Shown piece by piece: positions 40,961 through 54,405 of a stretch of DNA of 64,000 nt. The position numbers and the translations under genes are program-made. Positions within the stretch are counted from its first letter, which is position 1. The number at the start of each line of letters is the position of its first letter. The notes beneath the pieces were generated by a model. That model was not told where the DNA came from. It saw nothing but the letters and a program-made list of their open reading frames with translations, and made no database searches. Source of the DNA: Lama guanicoe. Lineage: Eukaryota. The stretch lies in contig MU053873.1 in NCBI GenBank assembly GCA_013239625.1, positions 2,742,524 through 2,806,523 on the forward strand. Reading direction: 5' to 3'.

Positions 40961-42344
40961 TTGTTTAACTGCTCTGAGCCTCGTGTTGCTTAACCAGAAG
41001 CGTGGAAACGCTAATAGTGGTTATCTCGTAGAAGCGTCTTGACGCTTGTATTAGATTATCACTCTGAAGCGTCCAGCAAGTGCTTAGCACTTACTGAGGG
41101 TTTTGTAACGCCTGACAAGTCTGTGATTTTTACCATGCCCTGTGCTCAAGGAGGCAGCGGTTGTTAGTGACTCCCACGTATCTGGCACTCCCCACCTCCT
41201 CTGAGAGTGTTTCCCTCCTTTGCGCGCCTGGATGAGGCTGGGACTAGCAGCACCCAACCTGTGCACCAGCGAGTCGAACAGTCAGGAAAAACTTTCTAAC
41301 AGCTGACAGAGTTTGACGTTGCCTGTGGAAGTAGCGTCCTCCCTGTTTCTAAAGGCTCCTTGCAGCAACTTGTAGGCAGGAGTTAACAAGTGATGTCATA
41401 TTTTGAATGTATTGCTATGTGGTGCACCCTGCTTGGCACTTCGTGGGCATTTACTACTCATACATCGAGTACCTGGTAGAGTCAGGATTTGAACTCAGGC
41501 TGTGATTTTAGCACCTGATGTCACAGTCACTTTGCTGGGTTCATCCCCAGGTCCAATAATGGTTAAGGGCATGAACCTGATGATGGGACTATGGTATCAG
41601 CTTTTGCTACTTAAGCATTTATTGTGAGCTATGTGTGTTTTAAGCCCCATCTCATTGTATCCGCCTTAACAAGCATCGTATAAGATTGGTACTGTAGTTA
41701 ATCCATTTCAAGAGACTGCTAAGCTAAATCTTATCACTCAGCTGCCAAGAGTTGAATTCTCTGTTCCAGTTCACAGGTGTCTGACTGTTAAAGTAGTGTT
41801 TATCATTTTCAGTGCCTTCCAGCTCATCAGGTTTGTGTTTTGAGGGAGGAAAATATAGTCTCAGGGTCTTATTCAAATAATGTATTTCAGAAAGTATCTT
41901 CTTAAAAATACCACTTTTCTGTGACTGTCAAAGGTCCAGATAAAGCTCTTTACTTGACAGTAGAGAAAATAATAAAATCTGGGGTCCAGGAAGATGTCTA
42001 CCCAATTTCTGGGGCAATAATTCATAGAATAACATACTTACGTGGTTGTTTTTATATAGTTTATATATACGTGTGTGTGTGCTGTTTTACGACATTGACT
42101 AGGACAAGGAAATACATGCTTAAAAATCACAAGGACTGTTGGGACTAGTCTTTTGTTCCACCTGTTTTACTGCTTATTATTCCCTAAAATATGGTTTTAA
42201 TGTCTGCTTTATTGTAGCAGTGATTTTAGTGAATTTTGACTTTGGGGGGAGTTCTGAAGGCAGCAAGGAGCAGGGACTCACAGGGAGGCTCCCAGGACTT
42301 GCCACAGACTGTGCCTTTTTCATCCCTTTATTTAGTGACAGGCC

Positions 42345-42553
42345 ATGTCGCTGTCCCACTTGTACCGGGATGGGGAAGGCCACATGGATGACGACGAGGA
42401 TGAGCGGGAGAACTTTGAGATCACCGACTGGGATCTCCAGAATGAATTCAACCCTAACCGGCAGCGCCACTGGCAGACTAAAGAAGAGGCTACCTACGGA
42501 GTGTGGGCCGAGCGAGACTCGGATGAAGAGCGGCCCAGCTTTGGAGGCAAACG
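42345..42553 (+). CDS. TFIP11: TFIP11 (tuftelin-interacting protein 11, Ntr1/Spp382 orthologue) coding exon 1
   Basis: tttag|[83 protein letters not shown]|gtatgg; 209 bp. Confidence 0.97.
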
Positions 42554-44035
42554 GTATGGTTGGCATGGGGCTGCTTCCCCAGGAGTTGGGGAGATACCCT
42601 ACTAAACACATTTCCCTCCTGGCCTCACCAAGTCTTTAGCTGTGACAGTACTAGGGTGTCCAGTTCCTCTGAGACCAGAGTGCTGTACTTTCACGGATTT
42701 AACCATTAGTCGATATTTATTGAGCAACTGAGTGTATCAGACCTTGGCTGTAGATCCCGTACTTGTCTCCCAGGAGCCCAGACTCTAGTGGATGGAGACG
42801 GGCATTAATCAGCAGCTCACACAGTGGAAGTTTGTAGCTGTGATTTGGGTTTAGGGTGTTTGACTTTTCTGGGAGGTCAGGGAAGCCTGGGTGGTGGGGG
42901 AGGCGTGAGAAGCAAAGGCCCTTGATGGGAGGCAACAGGGTATCCAGGGGATACGAGAGGTTTCATGGCTGCAGTGGGGAGATGGAGGGGAGTGTAGTTT
43001 GAGAAGATGCCGTGGGTTTGTGTAGAGAGGCTGTGACATTGTTGGGGTGTGTCTGGAGGAGCCCCTTTGCTCATGTGCAGAGTTGGCGTGGAGCCACAGT
43101 GGAAGAGAGGGCTCTGTGAGGAGGCCCAGGAGTGGTCCCTGCCGAGGTGGTGGAGCCCTGGGCTAGGATAGTGGCAGGAGGAAGAGGGTTGAGACCAAAA
43201 GCCTCCTCCTTGGTGTGAAGTCGTGTGCGCTGGCTGCAGCTCGCTTGACCAGAGTGTGTAGCAGATTTGGCTTTGTCTCCCTGTCCCCACCTGAGGCCTG
43301 GAGGCTCCAGTCCATCGAGACTCTACATTTTTCACAAAGGAGGCTGGGGAGAAAGACCACAGAGATCAGTTCACCCTCTTCTCATCTGGCAAGAAATCTG
43401 AAAGTGGATGATGACTAGATCAGGGGTGAAGAACTGCATGATGTTAAGATGGTCATAGCAGCCAAAACCTAGTCGGTGCCTGCTTGTTCTGGGTTCTTCA
43501 CAGGCCTGGTCTCATTTACCTTTTGGGAAAGTTACCATTATTATTTCATTTTACAGATTAAGAAACTGTGGCCAAAAGTCGTGCAGCTAAGCTGTGAAAT
43601 CTGGGCCTGTCTGACTCTAGAGTTGGGCTCTTATATAACTTGCGTCTAGGAAAAAATTCTCTGAATTTTATTGCTGCCACGAGGATGTTTATTTACTAGG
43701 TTATTCATTTTATAAAGCATCACCTTATTTTGCAGTATTTCCTGGGGTTTTTCCATTGGAATCTTTTCTGTGTTCCTTTAACCAGACAAGGTACCAACTC
43801 CAGTTTATACAGAAGGGAACTGTGGCGAAGGACTTATTGTCAGTGCTGTTCTTGAAGCAGTCAGGGTTAAAATCATACTTTCCATCTTACAGAATTAATT
43901 TTTCAGGTATTCAGTTTTAATAAATTTAATGGACATGAGCTTTTTCTAAGAATTTGATAGAATTGCTAATACACTTTCCATTTATGTAATCTATAACTAT
44001 CTTTTATTTATGATTTTTATTTGTCAGAATGTCTT

Positions 44036-47000
44036 GTATATATATTTTTATTGAAGTACAGTCAGTTTACAATGTGTCAATTTCTGGTATACAGCACAAT
44101 GCTTCAGTTAACACGAACATACATATATTTGTTTTCATAACATACATTTATTTGTTTTCATATTCTTTTTCACTGTAAGTTACTACAAGATACTGAATAT
44201 AGTTCCCTGTGCTACACAGTATAAACTTGTTTATCTGTTTTATATATATTAGTTAGTATCTGCAAATCTTGAACTCCCAATTTATCCTCTCCCAACCCCT
44301 TCCCCCGCTGGTAACCATAAGTTTGTTTACTATGGCTATGAGTCTGTTTCTGTTTTGTAGGTGAGTTCATTTGTCTTTTTCTTTTTTTTTCTTTTTTGTA
44401 AGATTCCACATATAAGTGATATCATACGGTATTTTTCTTTCTCATTCTGGCTTACTTCACTTAGATGGACCTGGAGATTGTCACTCTATGTTGCTGCAAA
44501 TGGCATTATTTTATTCTTTTTATGGCTGAGTAGTATTCCATTATATAAATATACCACAACTTTATCCAGTTATCTGTTGATGGACACTTAGGTTGCTTCC
44601 ATGTCTTGGCTATTGTAAATAGTGCTGCTGTGAACATTGAGGTGTATGTATCTTTTTGAATTAGAGTCCCCCCTGGATATATGCCCAGGAGTGGGATTGC
44701 TGGATCATATGGTGAGATCATATTTTTAGTGTTTTGAGGAATCTCCATACTGTTTTCCATAATGGCTGCACCAAACTACGTTCCCACCAGCAGTGTAGGA
44801 GGGGTCCCATTTCTCCATAGCCTCTCCAGCATTTGTTTGTGGACTTTTGAATGATGGCCATTCTGACTGAGGTGAGGTGATACCTCATTGTAGTTTTGAT
44901 TTGCATTTCTCTGATAATTAGTGATACTAAGCATTTCTTCATGTGCCTATTGGCCATTTATATGTCATTGGAGAATTGCTTGTTTAGGTCTTTGGCCATT
45001 TTGGTATTCGGTTATTTATTTTTTGTTTTTGTTGTTATTAAGTTGTATGAACTATTTATATATTCTGGAAATTAACCCTTTGTCAGTTGCATCATTTGCA
45101 AATATTTTCTCCCATTCTATAGGCTGTCGTTTTGTTTTGCTTATGGTTTCCTTTGCTGTGCAAAAGCTTATAAGTTTAATTAGGTCCCATTAGTTTTTGC
45201 TTATATTTCAATTGCCTGGGTAGACTGCCCTAGGAGAACATTGCTAAGATTTATGTCAGAGAATGTTTTGCCTGTGTTTTCTTCCAAGAGGTTTATAGTG
45301 TCTTATGTTTAAGTCTTTAAGCCATTTTGAGTTTATGTTTGTGAATGGTGTGAGTTTGAATACATCACTAATTTACATGCAGCTGTCTGGTTTTCCCAAC
45401 ACCACTTGCTGAAGAGACTTTCTTTTCTGCATTGTATATTCTTGCCTTCTTTGTTGAAGGTTAATTGACCAAAAGTCTGTGGGTTTATTTCTGGACTCTG
45501 TTCTGTTCCATTGATCCATATGTCTGTTTTTATGCCAATACCACACTGTTTTGATTACTGTAGCTCTGTAGTATTGTCTGAAGTCTGGAAGGGTTATTCC
45601 TTCAGCTTCATTCTTTTTCTTTTATATTGCTTTGGCAATTCTGGATCTTTCAGAATTAATCCTAAAATTATTTGTTCTGGTTCTGTGAAAAATCTCCTTG
45701 GTAATTTGATAGGGATCACATTAAATCTGTAGATTGCCTTGGGTAGTATGGCCATTTGAGCAATATTGATTCTTCCAACCCAAGAGCATGGGATTTCTTT
45801 CCATTTCTTTAAGTCAGCTTTAATTTATTTAGTCACTGTTTTGTAGTTCTCCATGTATAAGTCTTTCACCTCTTTGGTCAGATTTATTCCTCAGTATTTT
45901 ATTGTTTTAGATGTGATTTTAAAAGGGATTGTCTCTTTACTTTGTTTTCCTGCTAACTCATTGTTAGTGTGAAGAAATGCAACTGATTTTTGCACGTTAA
46001 TCTTGTATCCTGCTACCTTGCTGAATTCAGTTCTTTTATCAGCTCTAGTAGTTTTGTGTGGAGCTTTTAGGGTTTTCTACATATAGTATGTCATCTGCAT
46101 ATAGTGACAGTTTCACCTCTTCTCTTCCAGTCTGGAGCCCTTTTATTTTTCTTGCTTGATTGCTGTGCCTAGGACTTCAGAAACTATGTTGAATAGAAGT
46201 GGTGAGAGTCAGCTTCCTTGTCTTGTTCCATATTTTAGTGGGAAAGCTTCCAGTTTTTCACCATTGAGTATTATGTTGGTTGTGGGTTTGTCATAGCTTT
46301 TATTATGTTGAGATATGTTCCCTCTATACCCACTTAGGTAAGAGTTTTTATCATAAATCGGTGTTGAATTTCATCAAATGCTTTTTCTGCTTCTATTGAG
46401 ATGATCATGTGATTCTCTTGTTGATGTGGTGTATCATGTTGATCGATTTGCATATGTTGAACCATCCTTTTGTCCCTGGGATGAATCTAACTTGATCACA
46501 GTGTACAATCTTTTTTATGTGCTGTTGGATTCTGTTTGCTAATATTTTGTTGAGGATTTTTGCATCTATGTTCATCAGTGCTATTGCCTGTAATTTTCTT
46601 TTTTGGTAGTGTCTTTGGTTTTGGTGTCAGGGTGATGGTGGCTTCATAAATGAGTTTGGGAGTACTCCCTCCTTTTCAGTCTTTTGGAAAAGTTTAAGTA
46701 CTGGTATGAGTTCTTTTTGGATGTTTGGTAGAATTCCCCAGTGAAGCCATCTAGTTCTGGACTTTTGTTTGCAGGGAGTTTTTTTTTTTTTATTGCTGAT
46801 TCTATTTCATTTCTAGTGATCAGTCTGTGTAAGTAGTCTATTTTTTCTTGATTCAGTCTTGGTGGACGGTATGTTTCCAGAAACTTGTCTATTTCTTTTA
46901 GGTTGTCCAATTTGTTTCCATATAGTTGTTCACAGTATTGTCTTACAGTTTTTTTTGTATTTCTGTGCTATTGGTTGTAATTTCTCCATTTTCCTTTCTT

Positions 47001-47949
47001 ATTTTGTGTTTTCTCTCTTCTTGGTGAGCCTGGCCAGAGAGTTGTCAGTTTTATTTAATCTTTCAAAAGCCAGCTCTTGGTTTGATTAATTTTTTTTCTG
47101 TTGTTTTCTTTTTAATCTCTATTTTATTTATTTCCTCCTTGATCTTTATTTTTCCTTCCTTCTGCTGACTTTTGGTTTTGTTTGCTCTCCTTTTTCTAAT
47201 TCTTTTAGGTTGTTTACTTGAGATTGTTTTTCTTTTTTTGAAGAAGGCCTATATCGCTCTGAACTTCCCTCTTAGGACTGCTTTTGCTGCATCCCATAAA
47301 TTTCATGTGGTTGTGCCCACCTCTTTTCTTACATTGGAGCCAAGTGGAGACAGTGGCTATGGCATGGCTGCATTGTGCCCCCCACCACTGACCAACAGTG
47401 GTACTTTTTTATAGGGGTCCCAGGCTGCTGTCTTCTGCACATACCCCTAGCCAGAGCTCACACTGCCCTCCAGTCCCCTGAAGCCACCTCTTTGCAGTGG
47501 GCCCCAGCTCTCTCCCCAGGCTCATCACTGATCTCTAGGAGCCAGTCCCATATTGTCCCTGCTGGCTCGCGTCTAGGGCTGGGGATCGCAGGGAACCCAG
47601 TTTGGAAACTGATTCCGTGCTAGTTTCTCTTAGTTCTGTATCCCAAGCAGCTGCCGTGTTCTCCGAGCCTCAGAAGCTCCTCTTCTGTCCCTGCTGACCT
47701 CCCAGCTGGAGGGGGAAGTCCCAGCTTGAGGGTGTCCTCCCTCCCTGCAGGACCGGTCCCACACCAGTTTTCATTTTCTTTTTTTGTCTTACTGTATTTT
47801 ATGAGAATCCTCCTATATTTCAAAGTGAGAGACACTTCCAGAGTTCAGTAGGTGTTCTGTGCACTTCCATGGGTTTGTAGATGTAATTCTTGGTGTGTTT
47901 GTGGGAAGGGGCGAGCTGTCTCTAGTCTGCCATCTCGGCACCTCCCCCA
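44036..47949 (-). mobile_element. Lineage-specific LINE-1, internally deleted (5'UTR joined to mid-ORF2)
   Basis: ORF2 remnants on the minus strand (DKFLETYRPPRLNQE, SPELDGFTGEFYQT, YDPAIPLLGIYP, KTWKQPKCPS); 3'UTR and tail near 44040; 5' end GGGGGAGGTGCCGAGATGGC; TSD TCA(G/C)AATGTCTT at 44024-44035 and 47950-47961. Confidence 0.93.
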
Positions 47950-48192
47950 TCACAATGTCTTTATTTGGTTTTTGTACTTGAGTGTTTGAAACACTTGCTT
48001 TTTAAAGTAAGTTAATTTTTTTTTAATGTGAAAGGAAAGTTGGATAGTCACATCATATTTAGAATTTTTAGTCAACTTTACACTGATGGGTCTCTTGAGC
48101 CATAGAGAGTTGACTTGAACCCATCAGGTAAAAATGCCCAGTGTGCTTAGAGCCAGGTCTGGGGACCTTTTTATATAACTAAATGTGTTGCC

Positions 48193-48394
48193 CTTTTTTT
48201 TTTTTTAAATAGATACATCAAAAAATTTAGTTACCTTTTAATTTTAAAGAGACTGAGACGATCCTTTTATTTTATTTTTGGGGGGGGAGGGAGATAATGA
48301 GGCTTATTTTATTTTAATGGAGGTACTGGGGATTGAACCCAGGACCTCGTGCATGCTAAGTATGCACTCTACCACTGAGCTGTATACCCTCCCC
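48193..48394 (-). mobile_element. Vic-1-like SINE
   Basis: ggaggtactggggattgaacccaggacctcgtgcatgctaagtatgcactctaccactgagctgtataccctcccc; GTGTTGC on both flanks. Confidence 0.92.
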
Positions 48395-48521
48395 TAAAAG
48401 TGTTGCTTTTAAAACAGTTCCCACAAGGTCCCTTCTGAGTTCTCTGGCCAGCCAAGTCTGGACAGGGGGTGGCTGCAGAAGAGCTCTTACGGGCCCCCTG
48501 GGGCCTTGTGTTTGCCTGCAG

Positions 48522-48675
48522 GGCCCGCGACTACTCGGCGCCAGTCAACTTCATCAGCGCGGGGCTCAAGAAAGGGGCAGCAGAGGAGGCAGAGTTGGAA
48601 GATTCTGATGATGAAGAGAAGCCTGTCAAGCAGGATGAATTTCCTAAGGATTTTGGACCAAAGAAGTTAAAAACG
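48522..48675 (+). CDS. TFIP11: TFIP11 coding exon 2
   Basis: [55 protein letters not shown] boundaries; 154 bp. Confidence 0.96.
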
Positions 48676-48988
48676 GTAACATCTTTATTGAAGGAATGTG
48701 GCCTTAGTAATATCCTTGGAAGGTCATTGTGGCTCAGGCACGTGCTGGCAAGTAGGGGGCTGGGCTGGAAGCCAGTCGTGCAGGCCTCTCCCTGTGGTGG
48801 CAGGCTTCCCTGAGGAGGGAAGTGTGCAGTGCAGTCTCTTCCTAACACGTGTCACAGAGACGTTGGCTTGTATGATGCTGCTCACATAACCCTGTGACTC
48901 TGGGCCGTGTTCCCATCAGCCAAGCTGCCTTTTTTAGATTTTCCTTTTTGTTTTCCATCAACTAAACTTTGATTTTTCTTCTTCTCAG

Positions 48989-49145
48989 GGTGGCAATTTT
49001 AAACCCAGCCAGAAAGGTTTTGCAGGAGGAACTAAGTCTTTCATGGATTTTGGCAGCTGGGAAAGACACACGAAAGGAATTGGACAGAAGCTTCTTCAGA
49101 AGATGGGCTACGTCCCTGGAAGGGGCCTGGGGAAGAACGCACAAG
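48989..49145 (+). CDS. TFIP11: TFIP11 coding exon 3 (start of G-patch)
   Basis: [52 protein letters not shown]; 157 bp. Confidence 0.96.
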
Positions 49146-50720
49146 GTGTGGCACCAGTGCCCCGTCATCATGTGGGGGTGGCCAGGCAGAGGGGAGAAGA
49201 GCAGTTAGGGGGTGGTTGGCTTTTCTATGCTTTTTCACTTTTCGGAGTCCCGTGACTCTGCAGCCTGGTCCGCCTGTGCAGGACAGCTGTGCTCCTGAGC
49301 CACCTCACTTGATCGAAACTCAGGTTGCATAAAATACTTATTTCAGCAGGAGGGAGAGGTTAGGGTCTAAACAGGTGGCAGGCTGATAGGCTGAAGACAG
49401 GCTTTCTGGCCTGCCCAGTGTTTTCACAAAATCAAATTGGTCGCTAATACTTAAAAAAAAAAAAATCAGACAATTTCAGCTAAATTCTAGACTTGCCCAG
49501 CAGTGATGGTTTAGCTGAATCCTCACTGTCCGGGTCAGTACCCATGTCCTCCTTTCGGACGCATCTCCACGTTCCCATGTTGTCTTCACCCAAACCCACA
49601 CTGTACTCGTTCACAGTAATTTTCCTGCACCCTGAAGGCATGTGAGTTTGTGGTCCCTGCTCACAAGGGTTGCAGCTTTGCAAAAAGTTTCCTGTCCTTC
49701 AGGAATATCCATAAAACATCGGGTATGACTTTTTTCACAGCTGGAGAGGTGTGGCTGTAGGCATGGCCGGGCAGATCTGGCATTGGGTGCCCCCTGCCCC
49801 TCCTCTTGTCTTCCCACCCCCTGCTCCGGCAGGACAGCACCTCCTTCATTCTTATCTCCTTGAGGCCAGTCGCCGAGAATCAGACCAAGCAGTTAGATTC
49901 TTCCTGCAGGAAACTTGTGTTCCCTCTGTGTGACTTCCTTCCCGTGAGCGGTCACCACGTGCATGCCCTCAGTGCTATTCTCTATAATCCACAGTCCAGT
50001 CCCTGAGTATTACTAAGGTCAGACCCAGATTATAAGCTGGTGAGAACTCTAGGAACTAGAGTGAAGGTGGAAAAGGTGGCCTGGAGCTAGGACGGGGGAC
50101 AGCTCTCACCTGGGACTCCAGCAGTACCAGCTGGAGGGGGTGGGTGCAGAGGCTGAGACGGGGGAGTTCTTCACTGAAATGACGCAGTCCTGTTGGTAAA
50201 CTCTCTAACAGGAAAAACATTTATTTCCAAGGCTTAACCATGTTATAAAACAAGTAAAGCATAGGAGACATGAACTACTAAGTAAAACAGATGGAATTTC
50301 ATGTTAAATGGCAGCTTTACCTCACTTCGGTCAGACTCAATACAGTATCTGAATTCCTGCATTTTCCATATTAATAGGCTTCCAAATGAGCAAAGCATAG
50401 ACCCTAGTATGCAGAGTTCCCAGTTATAAATGAATATTACTGTCCACCAAAAAAATGACTCCAAGGGGAAATGGAAATGTGTATTGAGGACATGTGACCT
50501 GGTGGCAGCACACGGTTCTGTGGCAGAATAGACCCTCAGAAGCTTCAGGTCACACGGGAGCGGAACAGCGTTGCGAGGGTGGAGGAGAGCTCTCCTTCCC
50601 GGGCTACCTGGTATTTTGTGTGAGGACCGAGGAAGTGTGGTCAGTCTCCCTGCGTAGCTCATTCACATGGAAGAACTGCTGTGATCTGATGTCCCTTTTT
50701 CTGTTGCTGAAATTGGTCAG

Positions 50721-50848
50721 GCATCATTAACCCAATCGAAGCCAAGCAGAGAAAGGGGAAAGGCGCGGTGGGGGCGTATGGCTCGGAGCGCACGACTCAG
50801 TCCCTGCAGGACTTCCCCGTGGTTGACTCGGAAGAAGAAGCTGAAGAG
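50721..50848 (+). CDS. TFIP11: TFIP11 coding exon 4 (end of G-patch)
   Basis: [42 protein letters not shown]; 128 bp; not shown in the ORF track. Confidence 0.96.
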
Positions 50849-51295
50849 GTGAGAGCCCGGAGATGGGGCGCTGCTGTCTGCCCTCGACTGTCTCATTCAT
50901 GGGTGTGTTCGTTCATTCGTGGGCTGACTGCACACTGTGTGTGAGATGCCGTGCCAGAGGCTGGTGGTCCACAGCGCGCAGGCTCAGAGCCTGGGGGACA
51001 GGCACGCAGTGAACCACCACAGTGCAGCGAGGAGAGCAGCAGTGCCAGGAAGCAGAGGGAGAAGACAGGGCTTGGTGTGTGGGGACGGGGCCTGAGCCTC
51101 AGTATTTGTGAGATGGGGAGGGCAGGGCGTCAGGCAGCGTCACCCAATGGTCTTAGTGCTGCACAGGCACAGGGCTTAGCACAGAGCCCTGTGAACGTCT
51201 CAGTGGCTACTGAGTGTCTGTCACGGTCTCAGGAGCCCCACCTGCTGAAAAAAGTAGCCTTTCTTGTTGTGATGCACCATATCCCTCTGATTCAG

Positions 51296-51448
51296 GAATT
51301 TCAGAAGGAGCTGAGTCAGTGGAGGAAGGACCCCAGCGGAAGCAAGAAGAAGCCCAAGTACTCTTACAAGACAGTGGAGGAGCTGAAGGCCAAGGGCAGA
51401 ATTAGCAAGAAGCTCACCGCTCCCCAGAAGGAACTTTCTCAGGTCAAG
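51296..51448 (+). CDS. TFIP11: TFIP11 coding exon 5
   Basis: [51 protein letters not shown]; 153 bp. Confidence 0.96.
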
Positions 51449-52929
51449 GTATGGGGCCCGGGACGCCCGGTCCAGGCTGAGGGCTTGGAAGACGTACAGA
51501 AAGTTACCCACACACCAGTCAATCACCGAACACTTGCTCATAAGTTCCCTGCGTGCCTGCCATCTAGGATCTTTCTTTGTCCTGTTTTTCTGGTGCAGTA
51601 GTGGCCTGTGGCCACTTACCGCCTGCACGGCCAGTCTCGTCGGCCCCACCCTGCGCCAGGCGCTCCTCGGGGCACTGGAGCGGGGAAACCAACAGTGTTC
51701 CCAGCTGTCTGGGAATTTAATTCTGTCCCTGTTATTCTGTTGCTAGACCTTGACTATTTCTGGTTTGGTTTGAGTTTGGAGCAGGTTGGTCTGTGTAAAG
51801 CCTTGTGTTTGTCTTAGACATTTGCGGAGGATAGAGTCCTAGAGGCACGGTCACCAGGTGAAAGAACAGGGGGGCCTTTAAGGCTCTTAAATCGTGGGAA
51901 GGTTGTCCTCACTCGCTGAATACAGGGTGTGGCAACACTGAATTTAAGATGATTAGATTTTCAACCACTGTTATGGGTACAGTCTTTGAGGTTTTCCATT
52001 ACTGTCCCAAGCAGCCAGAGAACGAGGGTGACAGTGTCTGTCGTAGTTCAGTGTAGGAGCTTCTGTGTGTGTGTGTGTGAGTGAGATAGAACTCAGTCTT
52101 GAGTGGTGTTCTCAAAGGCCAGGGTGTTGTGTATCAGATTATTTGGGGACCTGGGAGGAAATGCAGATGTCTAGGTCACAGCTGGAGATTTTGGGTCAGG
52201 AGACCTGGACTGGGCCTGAGGACTCATGCGGACTGTGACCCAGGAGATTCTAATGCAGCTGTTTCATGGCTCACTCTCTTGAAAAGTGATGGTCGATGTG
52301 AAATTAGCTCATTTCCTGGTTGTCTTTGTGGGTTTTGTATGTTTCATGCTGTTTTTAAATTGAAAAAGAGTTGTTTAATTTTAAATTAAGTTTAAACAGC
52401 TGTACTGATGTATGCAGTACATTTTAGACAATTAGGGAATGCAGAGGCAAAAATATTACAAATACTGCTTTCCTCCCCATAAATGACCAGTCTTAACACC
52501 CATGATGTCCGTCCTTCCAGATCTTTGTCTAAATATGTGTGTGTTTTTTTTTAACCAACACTGGATGTTGTGATTATACATGTTTTACTACCTGCTCTGG
52601 TCAGTACAGCCTCTACATTTCCATGAAAATAGATTTTCATCTCAACTGAATCGTCCATATTCAGATTGCTTTAGTTTTCCTGAGACATCTGCTCCATCTG
52701 GTTTGTCCTGGGGGATCCAGCCCAGAGCTGCTTGCGGTGTCTGCTCGTTCTGTCCCCGGAGCCCCTTCTGATCTCGTGCAGCCCAGGCCCCACGGGGAGA
52801 GGCACCGCCTTCCTCCAGCTCTGCTGAGTGGTGGGGCTTTTACACGGTGCTCCCCCCGGGCCGCGGTGTGCGTCTGCTAGGGTGCCGAGGCGAGCGTTAA
52901 CCCGCGCCCCCTCTGCCGCCTTCCCCAAG

Positions 52930-53457
52930 GTCATAGACATGACGGGCCGGGAGCAGAAGGTCTACTACAGCTACAGCCAGATCAGCCACAAGCACAACAT
53001 CCCCGACGACGGGCTCCCGCCGCAGTCGCAGCCGCTGCCCCAGCCCGGCAAAGACGCCAAGGCCCCCGGCTTCGCGCTGCCCGAGCTGGAGCACAACCTG
53101 CAGCTGCTCATCGACCTCACGGAGCAGGAGATCATCCAGAACGACCGGCAGCTGCAGTACGAGCGGGACATGGTGGTCAACCTGTCCCACGAGCTGGAGA
53201 AGATGTCGGAGGTGCTGGAGCACGAGGAGCGGGTCATCTCCAACCTGAGCAGGGTCCTGGAGATGGTGGAGGAGTGCGAGCGGCGCCTGCAGCCCAACTG
53301 CAGCAACCCCCTGACCCTGGACGAGTGCGCCCGCGTCTTCGAGACGCTGCAGGACAAGTACTACGAGGAGTACAGGATGTCCGACCGCGTGGACCTGGCC
53401 GTGGCCATCGTCTACCCGCTCATGAAGGAGTACTTCAAGGAGTGGGACCCCCTCAAG
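52930..53457 (+). CDS. TFIP11: TFIP11 coding exon 6
   Basis: [22 protein letters not shown]...[15 protein letters not shown]...[13 protein letters not shown] acceptor; 528 bp. Confidence 0.96.
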
Positions 53458-53545
53458 GTGAGTGCTCGTCCCGCCTCTCCTCTGGGGCTCCGGAGGGCAT
53501 GGGGCCGTTAGCCCACGGGCTCTCAGCTGCCATGTTTCTCCTCAG

Positions 53546-53652
53546 GACTGTACTTACGGCACTGAGATCATCTCCAAGTGGAAGAGCCTCCTGGAGAACG
53601 ACCAGCTCCTGTCGCACGGCGGGCAGGACCTCTCCACAGACGCCTTTCACAG
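53546..53652 (+). CDS. TFIP11: TFIP11 coding exon 7
   Basis: [35 protein letters not shown]; 107 bp. Confidence 0.95.
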
Positions 53653-54236
53653 GTAGTCCGAGCGGGGCTGCGCCGGGAACTTGGGTCCACGCTCGTTCAC
53701 CCTGCACTTGTGGAGCATCTGGAGGATGCTGCCTGTGCTGGCTGGCCCGGGGGTACAGCAGACGCGTGTCTGCAGGAAGTAGGAAAGGCAGGTGGTAACC
53801 AAGAAAGCGGACGGGTAAACCCGGCTGCAGACTGAGTGCAGCCAGGGAGAGTGAAGAGGGTGCACACTCGGGTGGGGTCGGCGGGGGTGGAATCGAGGTG
53901 GAGGTCTCTCAGAGGAGGTGACGTTTCAGCTGTGAAAGCGTGAGGGGCATCAGCTGTGCAGAGCGCACTCCAGGCAGGGAAGCACGTGGCATCTGGAGGG
54001 GCCCTGGTGACCCGGCAGCAGCCCAGCCAGAGAGGCTGGTCCTACCGAGGAGACGGCCTGGAATGGCGTGGGCGGCCCGGAGCGGGGAGGGGCAGGCACA
54101 CGTCAGGCCGCCCCATGGGCTGCTCCGTTGGCTGTGGCCGGGTCGCTGTGCCACCGCCTTGTTCCTGCTTACTGCTCTGGAGGTGGGCGGTGGGTCCCGC
54201 GTGTCCGTGCAGCCCGCCGCCCCGCCTCTCGCACAG

Positions 54237-54405
54237 GCTGATATGGGAAGTCTGGATGCCTTTTGTCCGAAGTATCGTCACTCAGTGGCAGCCGAGGAAC
54301 TGTGACCCGATGGTGGACTTCTTGGATAGCTGGGTGCACATTATTCCCGTGTGGATCTTAGACAATATATTGGACCAGCTCATCTTCCCCAAGCTGCAGA
54401 AGGAG
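54237..54405 (+). CDS. TFIP11: TFIP11 coding exon 8 (GCFC-like domain)
   Basis: [56 protein letters not shown]; 169 bp. Confidence 0.96.

Noticed and set aside
44116..44161. 23-bp tandem duplication in the L1 3'UTR
   Set aside because: Real but trivial slippage inside a repeat.
52897..53357. Antisense ORFs over TFIP11 coding exon 6
   Set aside because: Same GC3 shadow effect.
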